A DNA stretch of 64,000 nucleotides from the human T2T-CHM13v2.0 reference genome, Homo sapiens. Shown here piece after piece: positions 18,334 through 39,194 of the stretch. The DNA is taken from assembly GCF_009914755.1 (NCBI RefSeq), contig NC_060935.1; one strand, 5' to 3'. How positions within the stretch are numbered: the first letter of the stretch is position 1; every line of letters begins with the position of its first letter. Made by a program: the position numbers and the translations under genes. The notes below the pieces were generated by a model that did not search any database, was not told the DNA's origin, and was given only the letters and a program-made list of their open reading frames with translations.

Positions 18334-18631
18334 ATTTTTTTTTTTTTTTGAGACAGGGACTTGATCTGTCACTCAGCTGGAGTGCAGTGGCATGAATGTG
18401 GACCACTGCAACCTTTACCTCCTGGCTCAAGTCATCCTCCTGCCTCAGCCTCCTGAGTAGCTGGGTCTGTAGGCACATGCCACCATGCATGGCTAATGTT
18501 TTAATTTTTTGTAGAGATGGGGTCTCACCGTGTTGCTCAGACTGGTCTCAGACTCCTGGGCTCATGAACCACTGCCTGTAATCCCAGCCCTTTGGAAAGC
18601 TAAGGCAGGAGAATCACATTGTCACCTAGCC
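18334..18631 (-). mobile_element. AluJ with internal micro-inversion
   Basis: Antisense J-type Alu; 18573-18617 is in the sense orientation. Confidence 0.8.
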
Positions 18632-18670
18632 CACAAATGGAATTTGAAATTAAAAACACATTACCATTTA

Positions 18671-19063
<393 letters not shown>

Positions 19064-19644
19064 CTACAGAACTCTGATGAAAGAAATCAAAGAAGTATGA
19101 TAGGTAGATAGATATTCCATGTTCATAGATAGGAAAACTCTGCTGCAAGCCACACTGGTGCCCTAGGAACATACTTCATCCTTCAACTGAATAAGGCAGC
19201 ACTGAATTCCCCAAATACACATCCCAAAGTCATAATCAAGGAAGTCAGGAAGAGTCTTTTGGTGGGCATGAGCATCATAGTCAGGTTCTCAGACACCAGA
19301 CTGGTTTCCTCTGAGGGTTTGTTATCAGAATTCCTGCTCACAGGCCACTGTCCTGGCCAGGCTGCACCTTCCTCTCTTTGCATCCTGGCAGCAGCCACAT
19401 CAGTGGGTGCAAGAGGCTCATGTGACCCCATGTAACCTGCCCCTTGGATGTGTCGGCCATCACAGGTCTCAGGTGCCTTTTGTCTTTCTAAAGCAGAACT
19501 GAAATTTCACCTGGGCAGTCCGCTTTAGAGACCACAGAACTTTCATTTCCTTTTTATTCTAGGGAGAAAGTACTGAACACTATTATCTCACCAAGAGAAA
19601 GTGGGTACTGGGTGAGTAGAGGCTGGGTGGGGCTTGGTTCACAC

Positions 19645-19817
19645 CTGTGGTTCCTAACCCAGCAAATCACTGAAATCACCTAGAGGAACTTATTATGATG
19701 CAGACTCCTAGTCTCTGCCTCAGACCTGCTCTGGGATAGGCGTAGAGGGCAGGGGTCTGTAATTTTTTAAGTGCCCACCGAATGATTCTGATGACCCTGT
19801 AGACTTGGGAACCACTG
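19645..19817. mobile_element. MER5-family hAT MITE
   Basis: CTGTGGTTCCTAACC...GAAATCACCTAGAGGAACTT...GATTCTGATG..TTGGGAACCACTG terminal inverted repeats. Confidence 0.65.
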
Positions 19818-20139
19818 GGGTAGAGAAATAAGGCCACTTGCTCCTTTCTGCTCAAGGGTATTCATGTTTTCGTGCTTCCTTATTTTTGATGACATTTCCG
19901 TCTCAATGCTAACTCCTATAATGTTCAAACATACCTTTATTATGTCATATGATATCATATACATTTCCATATTTATTTCCTTGACCAGTTGAGCTCCTCA
20001 AGTGTGAAAGGTGTTATTCACCTTTGTTTCCTGCACTCAGGGTTACCACATACAGTCGAGCAGGTTATTCACTGTACAAAGGAGCTTATCATGGAAGGTA
20101 GGTTGGGCTGTAAATGGGGCTAAAATCTAGCCTGATTCA

Positions 20140-20927
<788 letters not shown>

Positions 20928-20941
20928 AGATACCTTTTCTA

Positions 20942-21454
<513 letters not shown>

Positions 21455-21973
21455 TCATTCTTCAAGGCCTAGCCCCAATATTAATTTTTCTAGGAGAAGT
21501 CTTCTTCCAGCTTCAATCCATTGCCTCTTTCTTGGAGGTACAGCAATGCCTGGTTTATATCTCTAGAACAGCACTTTTGTGGTCTGACTTATATTGGAGT
21601 TGGTCTCTGCCATTGATCTGTGAATCCTTCATAGGCAGAGCCACCATATTCAGCTCTTTCAGTCTTGAGTGTTTAGGCAGCCCAGTGAAAATTTATTAAA
21701 TGAATGTATACCCAACTCTAAATGACCCTTCAGACTCTGGCTTTCACCAGATCCTGTAAAAAGATGCAATAGCTTTCATCTCTGTTACCTGAAACTGGAA
21801 GTGCAATTTCAGAAATCAGTGCTAATTCAATTAATTACATACATATATGTGTGTGTCTTTATGTATATATGTATATGTGAATACATGCATGTGCATGTAT
21901 GTATACATATAAACATATATGTTAACATCGCATATATTAATAACAGCTTTGTAGGCAGCACTGGGCCTAGTTA

Positions 21974-22375
<402 letters not shown>

Positions 22376-22653
22376 TTACAGCTGTGTGTGATGGAGTCTG
22401 CATATTGGTTCCATTGATGCAGTAGATAGTTCTCGGGTGGCCTCGTATCTGAAAATTTTAAATAAGTCCTGCTCCAGGGCTAATTTTTCTCCTTTCTTTC
22501 CAGGAGGGAGATGTAGGAGAGGGGATGACCCCCATAATGGCAGGAGAGCCTCCTCATTGGCCTATGTGGATCCTGAGATGAACAAATAATGTGAGACATG
22601 GTAGTGGGAAGTAAAACGTACCCAACTATGGCCAAACTTTGGTACGTTGTTAG

Positions 22654-23095
<442 letters not shown>

Positions 23096-23143
23096 CAAGT
23101 TAATATTTTTTGCCACAAAAGTAAAAATGTAATTTTATAATGT

Positions 23144-23829
<686 letters not shown>

Positions 23830-24159
23830 AATGCTATTCACAAACAATTGCAAAAGTTCAACAGCAATATCAATTGAGTCTAAAGTGGACTCTAAGTGAC
23901 GTGGTCCATTATTGAATTTAATCCTACCAGTGTAGCAGGGTGAATCTACGTGTAAGTTCTTTCATAGATGATGCCAAAAGCCTGAATTTGAGGTCTTTTT
24001 CCATGTGAAGGCTAGATTAAATGACTCTCATCTCCTCCCCTAAACCATATTAGACTTGCCTAGCAACAAAGAGAGAACTTCATTAGGATGTGTTCATTAA
24101 TGGGAGCTGAGGGCGTCAGGTGAAGAGGCTCTCACTGATGGAATCAAATTGCTGGGAGT

Positions 24160-24453
24160 GGCTGGGTGCAGTGGCTCAGGCCTGTAATCCCAACACTTTG
24201 GGAGGCCAAGGCGGGTGGAGCACCTGAGGTCAGGAGTTCGAGACCAGCCTGACCAATATGGTGAAACCCTGTCTCTACTAAAAATACAAAAATTAGTCGG
24301 GCATGGTGGCGGGCGGCTGTAATCCCAGCTACTTGGGAGGCTGAGAAACGAGAATTCTTGAACGCAAGAGGTGGAGGTTGCGGTGAGCCGAGATCGCACC
24401 ACTGCACTCCAGCCTGGATGACACAGTGAGACTCCATCTCAAAAACAAAAAAC
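24160..24453 (+). mobile_element. Alu (AluS)
   Basis: Full dimer; CAAATTGC(T/C)GGGAG TSD. Confidence 0.9.
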
Positions 24454-24656
24454 TGAAAAATGCAAATTGCCGGGAGGGTATCTCAAATGGCACATTGGGC
24501 AAAAAAGCATGGACAGTGTGACAGGAAACCTTGACCATTCAAATATGCAAATTGTGGGGATTGCGTGGGCTCCGACTGGTAGTACAAAGTAAAGAGAAAG
24601 TGTTTCAAATTCGGGCACAATTAGAAAAGCACAATTGGAAAAACAAGATTGTTCTT

Positions 24657-25306
<650 letters not shown>

Positions 25307-25644
25307 TTACGTACGGCAAATGGAATGTGCCATGGCTATAGGATAGGGTCAATGAGGGCAGTTTTCCAGCAAATCAAGTTCTTGTTTATGAACATTCTTC
25401 CTCCTTTGGATATGAAGTCATATGCTCTTCTGGGGGCCCTCTCTAAGTCATACCGGAAGAGGTGGAGACACATGGCAATCTTTGAGGTCAGGCAGACGGA
25501 GAAAAGCCCTAGGCAAGGTAGAATTTGTGCAACTGTAATCTTTGATAGCCTCACAACGAACTCTGATCCTGGTCTCAGACTGACCCATAATCCTAAACAA
25601 AGGGAGTAATCAAGGGGAGGGCAAGTTACGTTTATGTTGTGGAC

Positions 25645-26200
25645 CAGGGGTCAGCAAACTCTTTTATAAAAGGCCAGAAATAATATTTTAGGCTTTGTGG
25701 GGCATATAGTCTTGATCACAGCTGCTCAACTTTGCTGTTGTAGTACAAAACCACCACAGGCAGTAAATAAATGAGTGAGTGTGGCTGTGTCCTAATAAAA
25801 TCTTATTTGCAAAAACAGGTGGCAGCAGGCTGGGCATGGTGGCTTGCGCCTGTAATCTCAGCACTTTAGGAGGCTGAGGGGGGCGGGTCGCTTGAGCCCA
25901 GGAGTTTGAGATGAGCCTGGACAACATGGCGAAATTCCGTCTCTACAAAAGAAAAAAAAAGCAAAAATTAGCTGGGCATGGTGGTGCACTCCTGTAGTCC
26001 CAGCTACTCAGAAGGCTTAGATGGGAGGATCACTTCATCCCAGGATGTTGAAGCTGCAGTGAGCCAGTGATCATGCCACTGCACTCCAGCCTGGGCAACA
26101 GAGTGAGACCCTGTCTCGAAAACACAAACAAACAAACAAACAAACAAACAAATGCAGATGGCAGCAGGTTTGGCCCACAGGTCATAGGTTGCTAAACCTT
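25645..26200. mobile_element. MER58A-like hAT MITE with nested AluJ (25828-26152)
   Basis: CAGGGGTCAGCAAACT..AAAGGCCAGA..AATATTTTAGGCTTTGTGGG..GTGTGGCTGTGT..AATAAAA..TTTGGCCCACAGGTCATAG.TTGCT. Confidence 0.8.
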
Positions 26201-26326
26201 ACTCTGTAATACCACAAGCAGAAAACTATGCATCTCCAAGAAATACCAAATCTGAAATAAGATGACAGAGCATGCAACTCCATAAAAGGGACCCCCCAGA
26301 TTAAGCAGTCTTAAATCTCAGATCTG

Positions 26327-26639
<313 letters not shown>

Positions 26640-27343
26640 TTACAAGTTGTGAAACTTTGGAAAAAAGCCATAACTTCTCTCATGCTCAGGCTTTTCATTT
26701 GTAATATGGAGATTATAAGACCTACCCTGCCTACCCCAGAATGATGGTGAAGTGCAAATGGATGATCATGCATCAACAGCAAGCAGCTCTCATTACTATT
26801 GTGGAACTGCAGAAACGCCCTTATGAATTAAAGACTAAAGCTCTTCATGGACAAGATGGTGCTTATTCACTATTGAATCAATAGTGCCTCCCACATATTA
26901 GCACTCAGAATAAATTTATTGACTTTATAAATGAAATACATATTTCCTTCTTTCAAATCAAGGTGCCATTATTTGAACAGACCAGAGCAGTAGCAGCTGA
27001 TAGTGAAACAATTTGAAAAAAGGACATGGACCATTGAATTTTTGCAGTTTTAGCTATATTCAGGGAATGTTTCTGGACCAAGGTGCTTACACAACTTTGG
27101 GCATGCAAAGATGAGCTCCCATCAGGACATTACATGCACGTTTCCAACTCCCTTCAGATGTACTGGAAACATTCCGTCATTGAGGGGGATTTTCCCTTGG
27201 GCCTTTATTTCTCATCAGTAATATCCTCATTGCAAAAGAATCCTCAGCCATTTGACTGACTACTCCTGGGGCTTGCTCCAACACTATATCTTCCCATAGA
27301 TGGACACGGCCATGTGTACAAACTCCCCAGACGCATCATGCTA

Positions 27344-27801
<458 letters not shown>

Positions 27802-28129
27802 TCAAACCGAATAGCCCATTTGTCTGTCTATTTGGAGGCAGCAGGAAATAGTGGAAAGATCATGTGTGTTAGAGCCAGGCAGACCTGAGTTAAAGTCATT
27901 ACTAGAGCTATGAAAGAGTTATGTGGTCTTGCACAATTTACTTAACCTTAATGTTATCATCTCAAGGTTGTTGTGAAACGAGCTAGAACAGTGCTTCTGA
28001 AAACCACTCTTGGGCGAGAAAGGACAAATATTCTGATAGGTGGAGGCTGTTGTTGGCTGGGCAGTGTCCCCCAGAGGGGTCTACTACAGTGGCCTTTTCC
28101 CAGGGCTTTGCCTTCAACTTAGCACGTTT

Positions 28130-28249
28130 AGCAGCTATTATTACTATTATGGAACTGCAGAAACACCTTAGGAATTAAAGACTAAAGCTCTTCATGGAAG
28201 AGATATGGCTTATTCACTACTGAATCAGTGGCACTTGCCACATATTGGC
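28130..28249 (+). repeat. Diverged local duplicate of 26782-26902
   Basis: Shared TGGAACTGCAGAAAC..GAATTAAAGACTAAAGCTCTTCATGGA..GCTTATTCACTA.TGAATCA..CCACATATT. Confidence 0.85.
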
Positions 28250-28252
28250 TGA

Positions 28253-28894
<642 letters not shown>

Positions 28895-28976
28895 CGATAA
28901 AAAGCACTCTTGATCGGGATATGGTATGGTGGGAAGGTTCCTGGTCAGTCTTGAAAGGAATGACCAAAAGACTAAT

Positions 28977-29118
28977 GGGCCTGGGCCCATTGGCTCATGC
29001 CTGTAATCCCAGCACTTTGGGTGGCTGAGATGGCAGGATTGCTTGAGCCCAGGAGTTCAAAACCAGCCTGGGTAACATAGTGAAACCCCATTTCTACTAA
29101 AAAAGTAAAAATAAAAAA
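28977..29118 (+). mobile_element. FLAM / Alu left monomer
   Basis: Monomer with A tail; AATGGGCC TSD. Confidence 0.75.
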
Positions 29119-29551
29119 GATGAATGGGCCAGAAGAGAGGCTCTGTGTGACCATCCCAGGAAAAGGAGATAACTCTAATGACCCTATTTTTTTTTATTCC
29201 CTATTAACATGACCCCATACTAGCTTGTAAATAAGGAATTGTCTGCATCAAATGTAATGCAGTTGTTTTCGTTAGCAATTTGACAGTATGGTGCACTGGT
29301 CCAGAGGGTAAGCTTTAGAATTAGACAACCTAATTAGGCAGGTTAGGCAAGTGTTGGGCAAGTTAGTTAACTTCCCAGAGTCTCAGCTTCCTTCTTCCCA
29401 GGGATAATAATAGAATTCCTTCTCTGCTCACTTTGTCTTTTGCTTGCCTTGTGGCTTCTGCTTACTCAGAGGTTCTGCCTGCTCCTCATGGCAGCTCACT
29501 CATGGCCTTCAGGGTCAATCACTGAGATCTCTGTTTGGTTAGAACCATTTT

Positions 29552-30152
<601 letters not shown>

Positions 30153-30437
30153 AGAACTGTTTCTTTCAGACCCCTCAGAAGCTGCTGGCCAGCCTCTGGT
30201 TGGTGGCCTTTGGTTCAGGTGTCCACCCCAGGTCTAATCAGCGTGGCCAGCAGGGAGACAGGAGAGACAGGAGAACACAAAGGGCTGGCTGCTGAGTCAG
30301 GGACTGTGGACAGGGCCATTTCTCATAGGAGATTGTAGGTGTGGTGTGCACTACGATGGATGCCCAGGACACAGAGATGAGACAGAGGCCTTTAACGCAA
30401 GGTAGACAGTGGTTCCTCCAATAAAAGAAATGCTCAT

Positions 30438-30792
<355 letters not shown>

Positions 30793-31150
30793 CTAAGGGG
30801 GTAAGGGAGAGGCTCCATGGAAGGTGGGGCCTCCAGAGTGTCTTCCCCCAACTACTCCAAGCCAATCAGGGCCTGTCCCCAGACTTGAAGCTGGGAGTCA
30901 GTCCTACCCAAATCTCATGACTGGGAAATTCAGGGAGTTCCTACAATCAGCCTCTCCCCTCCCTCTGCCACAGGCTTTGATTCAAAGATGGGGCCATATG
31001 ACAAAAGTCAGGCCAGTCAGGACAAAGAGATTTCCCAGGAAGCAGAGGTTCTTTTCTCTGCTGCATTTGAACATGGAAGCGCATATCCTTAGAAGCCACG
31101 GGCAGTTACTTTGCAGGCACAAGGGGAGACTTGTGAGCATGGAGTCCTCA

Positions 31151-31605
<455 letters not shown>

Positions 31606-31609
31606 TATA

Positions 31610-31610
<1 letters not shown>

Positions 31611-31662
<52 letters not shown>
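31611..31662. repeat. (CT)n(GT)n microsatellite
   Basis: Direct reading. Confidence 0.95.
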
Positions 31663-31667
<5 letters not shown>

Positions 31668-32022
31668 GAAGGAAGATTAGAAAGAAGACAAAATTTAAAA
31701 AAAGAAGGAAAAGAGGCTTTTTTTGTGTAGGGAACAGGAAGCTAATGAAAGTATTTAAGTACTGTGATATGAGCAGTGTAGTAGATAAATTAATCACCAA
31801 TGTGTGTAAAATGATTAGAATGGAGAGGCCAGAGGTGAGAAGAACATCGAGAGCGTATCACAATAATCTGAAGACCTGACCCAGAGAAACTGCAGTGGGG
31901 CTGGAAAGAGAAGAAGGATGTGGAAAAATAAGACCACAGACTAAAGATTTTAGAGTAAGACTTTGTCATTTACTAAAGGTGGCAAGAAGGAAGGAGGGTG
32001 CAAGCCAGCCTGAAAGAGCACA

Positions 32023-32533
<511 letters not shown>

Positions 32534-33125
32534 GAACAAAAAAGATGAGGCAATTGATCAGAGAAAAATTTTCTTTAGGTACATTGTTGTAGTGCAAACA
32601 GATCATGGTGAAATTTTATAATATTGCATAATAGTCTGTGGTGTTGACATACAAGCAAAACGTCAGCAAACTACAGGGGCTGTTTATAAAGAATGCTAAC
32701 AACCTACTTTTGAAAGGGGTGGCACAAAACATATGTATCACTCTGTTGAGATTTTAACTTTTCCTCTAACTTGCTGTGTGACTCTGGGTAGGTCGCTTAT
32801 GGTCTCTGAGCTCATTTTCTCAGCTGTAAAAAAGGGGGAGATAAAGCTTTCCCAGAGTTGTGGTCCTCACCTCATGATCTCACAGGAAAACTCCTTGCTA
32901 ATTCCTAATAAATAAAAGGTAAATAATAAGTAGAAAAATGAATACATATATTTAAAAATTAGAAATAAAAGGTAAATATGTTTCAAACTTCCTTTCCTCT
33001 CTCCTTTCTTTTCTTCTTTCCTAAGTATGCTTTGCGTTTGCAGGCTGGCTTTCCACAGGTGGTTAGTGTTGTCACAGCTTGTTGATAGGTTTCACGTAGA
33101 AACCTATGGTTAAGTCACTCATCTG

Positions 33126-33414
33126 GGTTGGGCGCAGTGCTTCACACTTGTAATCCCAGCACTTTGGGAGGCGGAAGAGGTAAGCTGAGGAGTTCAAGAC
33201 CAGTCTGGGCAACATGGCAAAACCTCATCTCTACAAAAAATACAAAAATCAGCCAGGCGTGGTGGCATGTGCCTGTGGTCCCAGCTACTTGAGAAGCTGA
33301 GGTGGGAGGATCACCTGAGCCTGTGAGGCGGAGGTTGCAGTGAGCCGAGATCGCACCACTGGGATTCAACCTGGGTGACAGAGTGAGACCGCATCTCAAA
33401 AAAAAAAAAAAAAA
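33126..33414 (+). mobile_element. AluJ
   Basis: Dimer with J features and A tail. Confidence 0.85.
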
Positions 33415-34002
33415 GTCAGTCTTCCAGGTTCTATCTAGTACAATACCTAGGTTCTCTGATTCTAGGTTCGTCTGCATTACAGAACCAGGATGGCCTTTCT
33501 TGGTCCTGTATCTATGATGGGGGAATAAATAAAACACAGTATTTTATTATGGTGATTTGCTTAAGGAGCTAAAAAATACCCATGATTTATAGCAGTGGGG
33601 GGTAGGGCAGTGCTCCTAAGTGAGGGAACTGTGGGTGTGGCCAGTGATGACTGACAGGTCTAGAGCAGGGGGATGGTAGGGATGGCTAAAATGCAAGGGA
33701 AAGCAATGAGGGCCACAGAAGAAGCATATATGATGTACCATGGCAGGCAAGGGGGCACTATTGTGGATCTAGTGTGTCCTCAGCTCCTAACTTCCCCTCC
33801 ACTACCACTTATGGAATGCTAAAGACATGTACCATTTCATGCAATTCTTGAAATAACCCTATGAGTAGGTAGAGTATTATGATGTTCATTTGACAGATGA
33901 GGAGACTGGAGCTTAGGTCACTTGTCCAAGGTCACAAAGACAATTTTGTGAGTGACAGAGCAAGGACTTGAACCCAGGTTTCATTGTCTCCAGAGCCCAT
34001 GG

Positions 34003-34326
34003 TTTTTGTTTTGTTTTGTTTTGTTTTCGTTTGTTTGTTTGTTTGAGACGGAGTCTCACTCTGTTGCCCAGGCTGGAGTTCAGTGGCACAATCTTGGCTC
34101 AGTGCAACCTCTGCCTCTCAGGTTCAAGTGATTTTTTGGCCTCAGTCTCTGGAGTAGCTGGGATTACAGGTGCCCACCACCACGCCCGCCTAATTTTTGT
34201 CTTTTTAGTAGAGACGGGGTTTCATCATGTTGGCCAGGCTGGTCTCGAACTCCTGACCTCAAGTGATCCACCTGCCTTGGCCTCCCAAAGTGCTAGGATT
34301 ACAGGCGTGAGCCACCATGCCAGGCC
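34003..34326 (-). mobile_element. Alu (AluS)
   Basis: Antisense dimer; GAGCCCATGGTTTT TSD. Confidence 0.9.
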
Positions 34327-35039
34327 TGGAGCCCATGGTTTTAACTATTGTTCTGTACTGCCCACGCTGGAATTTCTGGGGAAGCCCTCTCTTATCTCTT
34401 CTTTTACAGGCACATGATTTATAGCAACCATCCGGAATAGGATGGAGTGAAAAAGGGGACTTGGGAACTATTGTCTCTCCAAGATTACTCAGTTCTTTGA
34501 TTTCTCCCCTGGGAGCCACGCTGCCTGTCAGCTAGAAGGTACTGGAAGAAATTAGATTGCTCTAGGGTGTTCACTTGTACGCAATTTATTATTTCTAAAG
34601 ATAAGGCCTAAAGAGACATCTACATTGCATTAGTTTTTTTTTTTCCCAATGAATGAAAGCGGAACGGCATCTGTTTAGTATTTGAGACATGCACCTGGCG
34701 CACTTTGATTAAAAGAGAAAAATAAATACTAAAACATAGTAATCCAAAGAATTACCCCCTTTGTGGCTGGCTTACCCACTGCTTTGAGTATGGGACTCAA
34801 AGGGGGTAATTTAAATTTGGGGCTGCCAGAAAAGGATGTCCTTGTTCTTTATTAATCAGGAAGACTAAAGATCTCCCTGGGAGAGGGCTTGGATTCTGGC
34901 TTATGGTCTAACCCTAGGTCCAGATCTGAAGCTTGGAAAAAGCGCTGAGAATCTGTTAGGGGGTGGGAAAGAAGGAGACATCATCTCATTCAACACCTTC
35001 CTCTAATTGTGAAATACATTAAAGCCCAGGGCACTGGAT

Positions 35040-35527
35040 ACCTGCCAATTCCCCCCCACTCCCCGTCACCCAACCTGCTCTCCACCCTTTCCATCCTGTC
35101 CTGTGTCCTGGGAGGGTGACCCGTATGGCCTGCATCAAGGAGTTCCCTTACCCTCTGGCTTCCGGTTTGGTGAGGCCAAAGGAAAGCACGCACCGGAGAT
35201 CAAAGGGCAGGAGGAGAGCGAGATGTGAGTATTATTTCCTCAACCGCCTCCCTGCAAGGGCACCCTGGATGAGCTGCATCCCTCCTCTGAAGGCCACGGC
35301 CCTTGTCAGGTGGCCTTCTCCATGCAGCTGCCATCTCTGGTCCAAGGAATTGCTTCTCCCTCACTCTTTCAAGGCTGAGGGGGAGCAAGGGCTCCTTGTG
35401 GTTACTAGGTACTGCCCTGTCCATTTTGTGCATACATCTTTGTAAATAGCCCCATTATTACACACTAATCAAATTGCCCAATTTGAATGTGCCATCTGTT
35501 TCCTGCTGGGACCCTGATGAATATACC
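35040..35527. mobile_element. ERVL LTR (LTR33-like)
   Basis: CCCTCTGGCTTCCGGTTTGG..GGAGATCAAAGGGCAGGAGGAGAG..CCCAATTTGAATGTGCCATCTGTTTCCTGCTGGGACCCTGA. Confidence 0.65.
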
Positions 35528-36510
35528 CAGAGGGGTTTAATGACTTGCCCAAGGTCTCAGAAGGATTTGATTATACACCAGTGTGTACTAATAAGAAGAA
35601 ATAAAACTGACATAGTATTTTACAGTTAACAAGGCACTTTAATAACTATAATATCAGGATGCAGGAAAGGTATTAAGCTTTCCACTTAGAGATGAGGAAA
35701 TTGAATCTTAGAGAAGAGTGGGATTAGCCACAGCTGGTGAGCATCAGCACCATCCTCAGACCCAGTTCCTGGGCTCTGCCTATCATGCTACAGCCCAACC
35801 TTCAGGGCAGATAGAATACTAATTCTAATCCCGTGGATAAGAATACTGATTCTTCATTAGTATGACTCCACACCTTGAGCACCAGGAAAACAAATATAGC
35901 CAGAGTTCCATCCTCCAGGCCCAGAGCTAATGACGCTACACACGCAATCCAACAACGCTGCGAGGCAAGTGGTATCATCCTCTTTTACAGATGAGGAAAG
36001 TAAGGTTCAGAAGGCGAAATATCTCACTGAAAGTCACACAGCTGGGAAGTAGCTGGACTGTGAACCCAGGCCAGCCGGCCTGCTCTTTCTCCTCCCCCAC
36101 ACTGCCTTGAGTGCAGAGATATGGATCTCTGAAGGCACTGCAGGCTGCAGGCCCGACACATCCGCTGTTCTTTCTCCCATCAAACCAGTCCCAACTTGGC
36201 TTTCAAACTAACTCTGGGACCTCGGCCCAGCTTTCCTGTTGGGCAGCCAAGGAGGCTTTTACAGATAAAACATGATAGAAAATGGAGCAGAGCTGATTAA
36301 GAGTAACAGATAACAAGGCAAGGCATGCAGGCCCTTTGTCTGAGAAAGCCTGAGAAAAATGCAGCTGGGTCAGGGCTGCCTCTGTTGCTACTACTAAGGA
36401 GATAGGGGTGCCAGAGGGTATTCTTCAGCTTTGACAAGCATCCCAATCTGCAAGGCTGAAGGGGCCATCTGTCTACCAACTTAGAGGTTAAAAAAAAAAA
36501 AAAGGAGTTA

Positions 36511-36862
<352 letters not shown>

Positions 36863-37095
36863 CTACTCTCTGCATGGCTTTAAGGACTCACCTCCCCAGT
36901 TTGGGCCTTGGTTTCCTTGTCTGAGATATGGAGGAGATGGGTGAATCTTTGCTACTTCTCTTTGCAATCTGTACTTTATGAGTTTAGGAATCTTGAGAAG
37001 TTTGTGAGCCTTCCAAGACTTCCCCCTCCTCCCCTGTTAGCAGGATATTGGAGTTATATTGTCGAGGGGTTTACGTCACTCGATTCACATTTTCC

Positions 37096-37386
37096 TTTTT
37101 TTTGGGACAGAGTCTTTCTCTGTCACCCAGGATGCAGTGCAATGGCACGATCTTGGCTCACTGCAACCTTCGCCTCCTGGACTCAAGTGATTCCCATGCT
37201 TCAGCCTCCTAAGCAGCTAGGACTACAGGTGCAGGCCATCATGGCCAGCTAATTTTTTCTATTTTTAGTACAGGTGGAGTTTCACCATGTTGGGACAGGC
37301 TGGTCTTGAACTCCCGGCCTCAAGTGATCCGCTAGCCTTGGCCTCCCAAAGTGCTGGGATTACAGGCATGAGTCACTGCGCCTGGC
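37096..37386 (-). mobile_element. Alu (AluJ/S)
   Basis: Antisense dimer; GATTCACATTTTC TSD. Confidence 0.85.
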
Positions 37387-37819
37387 TCAGATTCACATTT
37401 TCTTCCTTGTTTATTCACATTTGTGAACAGCTGGCCAAAATCAGGCGGTGGCTTGGAGTTGCAGAGGGGGCAGGATTGGACCCAGGACCTTGTCTGTAAA
37501 GCACTTCAGCCAGCCTCCAGTCCTTGAGTGGTGCTTTGCAATCTTGTGAAGCATTACATGTGAAAAGCCTATCCACCCTGCTACCCGCCCCAGACCCTTT
37601 ACTGGCCAGAGGAATGTGATGCTCCGATTGGCCAACCCTGAGTCACATGCCCACTCTTGGAGCGGAAAGTGAAGTGAACTCCAGGAAATGAATTTCTTTG
37701 AGGAGCAGAGCCTGAAAAGGGTGTGTAGCTGGTGCCCTGATAATAAGCCGGGGATGAAGACACCAGAACGAAGGGTAAATGGATGCCAGGTGGCAAAACC
37801 ACACATGCCCACCCTTCTG

Positions 37820-37832
37820 GTTGCTAAGCAAC
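37820..37832. promoter_or_regulatory. Candidate RFX X-box (copy 1)
   Basis: Palindrome GTTGCT-A-AGCAAC; identical in the duplicate at 40162-40174. Confidence 0.45.
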
Positions 37833-38169
37833 ATTTTGTTTTTCTGCTCTGGTTCCTCTTCTGTTCTGCAAAGCTCGCCTAGCACAAGGGCTGACCATTC
37901 TGGAGTTGGAAGAGGGCCAAACCCAGGGGCCTTGAGTGAAGTGTAAAGAGATCTGGGCTGGAGATTTGGGTTTTAGTCCTGATATTGCCACGTACTTTCT
38001 TCCCTCCCTGAGTCTCAGTTTTTTCTTCAGCTGTAAGACGAGGAGACTGAATAGAATCTCTGTGGGGTCCTTGCAATTTACTAGGCTGGGTTCTGGGCAA
38101 TGTCACAGGCAGTGGGGGCCTCCTGTGCCTCTCATATTATATCTTAGAAGTGAAGGCAGCTTTCTCTGA

Positions 38170-38595
<426 letters not shown>

Positions 38596-39194
38596 TAATA
38601 CCTGTGCAACCCAGGCAAATTACTTAACCTCTCTGAACCTTCTCATATAAAGTAGAGTTAAGGATAATCCCTCAAAAATTGTTGAGAGAATCAAATGAAA
38701 CAATGGATGTGAAAGTGCTTTGTAAGCCCCAAAGTGCTGTGCAAATGGAGGGCCCATCCACCCAGGGTCCCTGTCTCCCAGGCCATTGTGGTTCTGGGAC
38801 TTGGTGCTCCTGAGAAAAGGCTAGTGCCCACATTCAATGAGCATGAGTCATTCCACAGTGCATGTCTTTTAGTTGTATTTATTCTAAACCTTGTGTTTCT
38901 GCGTGTAAGTGCCACATCAGGGGGCGACCTGAAGCAACTGTGAGGATGGGTGAAAAACAAAGGTCACTGATTATTCCAAATTTTGCACAATCTATCCTGG
39001 AGTCTTGGTCTGGGGGCCCAGGACCCAGCAGCTGGCAGTGAGGGAGCAGGAAGCCAGGCCCTGCCCTTCTTTTCTGAGCATTCTGTCCCTCCGAGCAAGC
39101 CTTTGGACAGAAGCCTCCCTCTGACCTGTCTAGTGGGGCTGGGATAGCTGCATCCACTCTGATACCTCACAGTCATCTCAAATTAACATGTATG

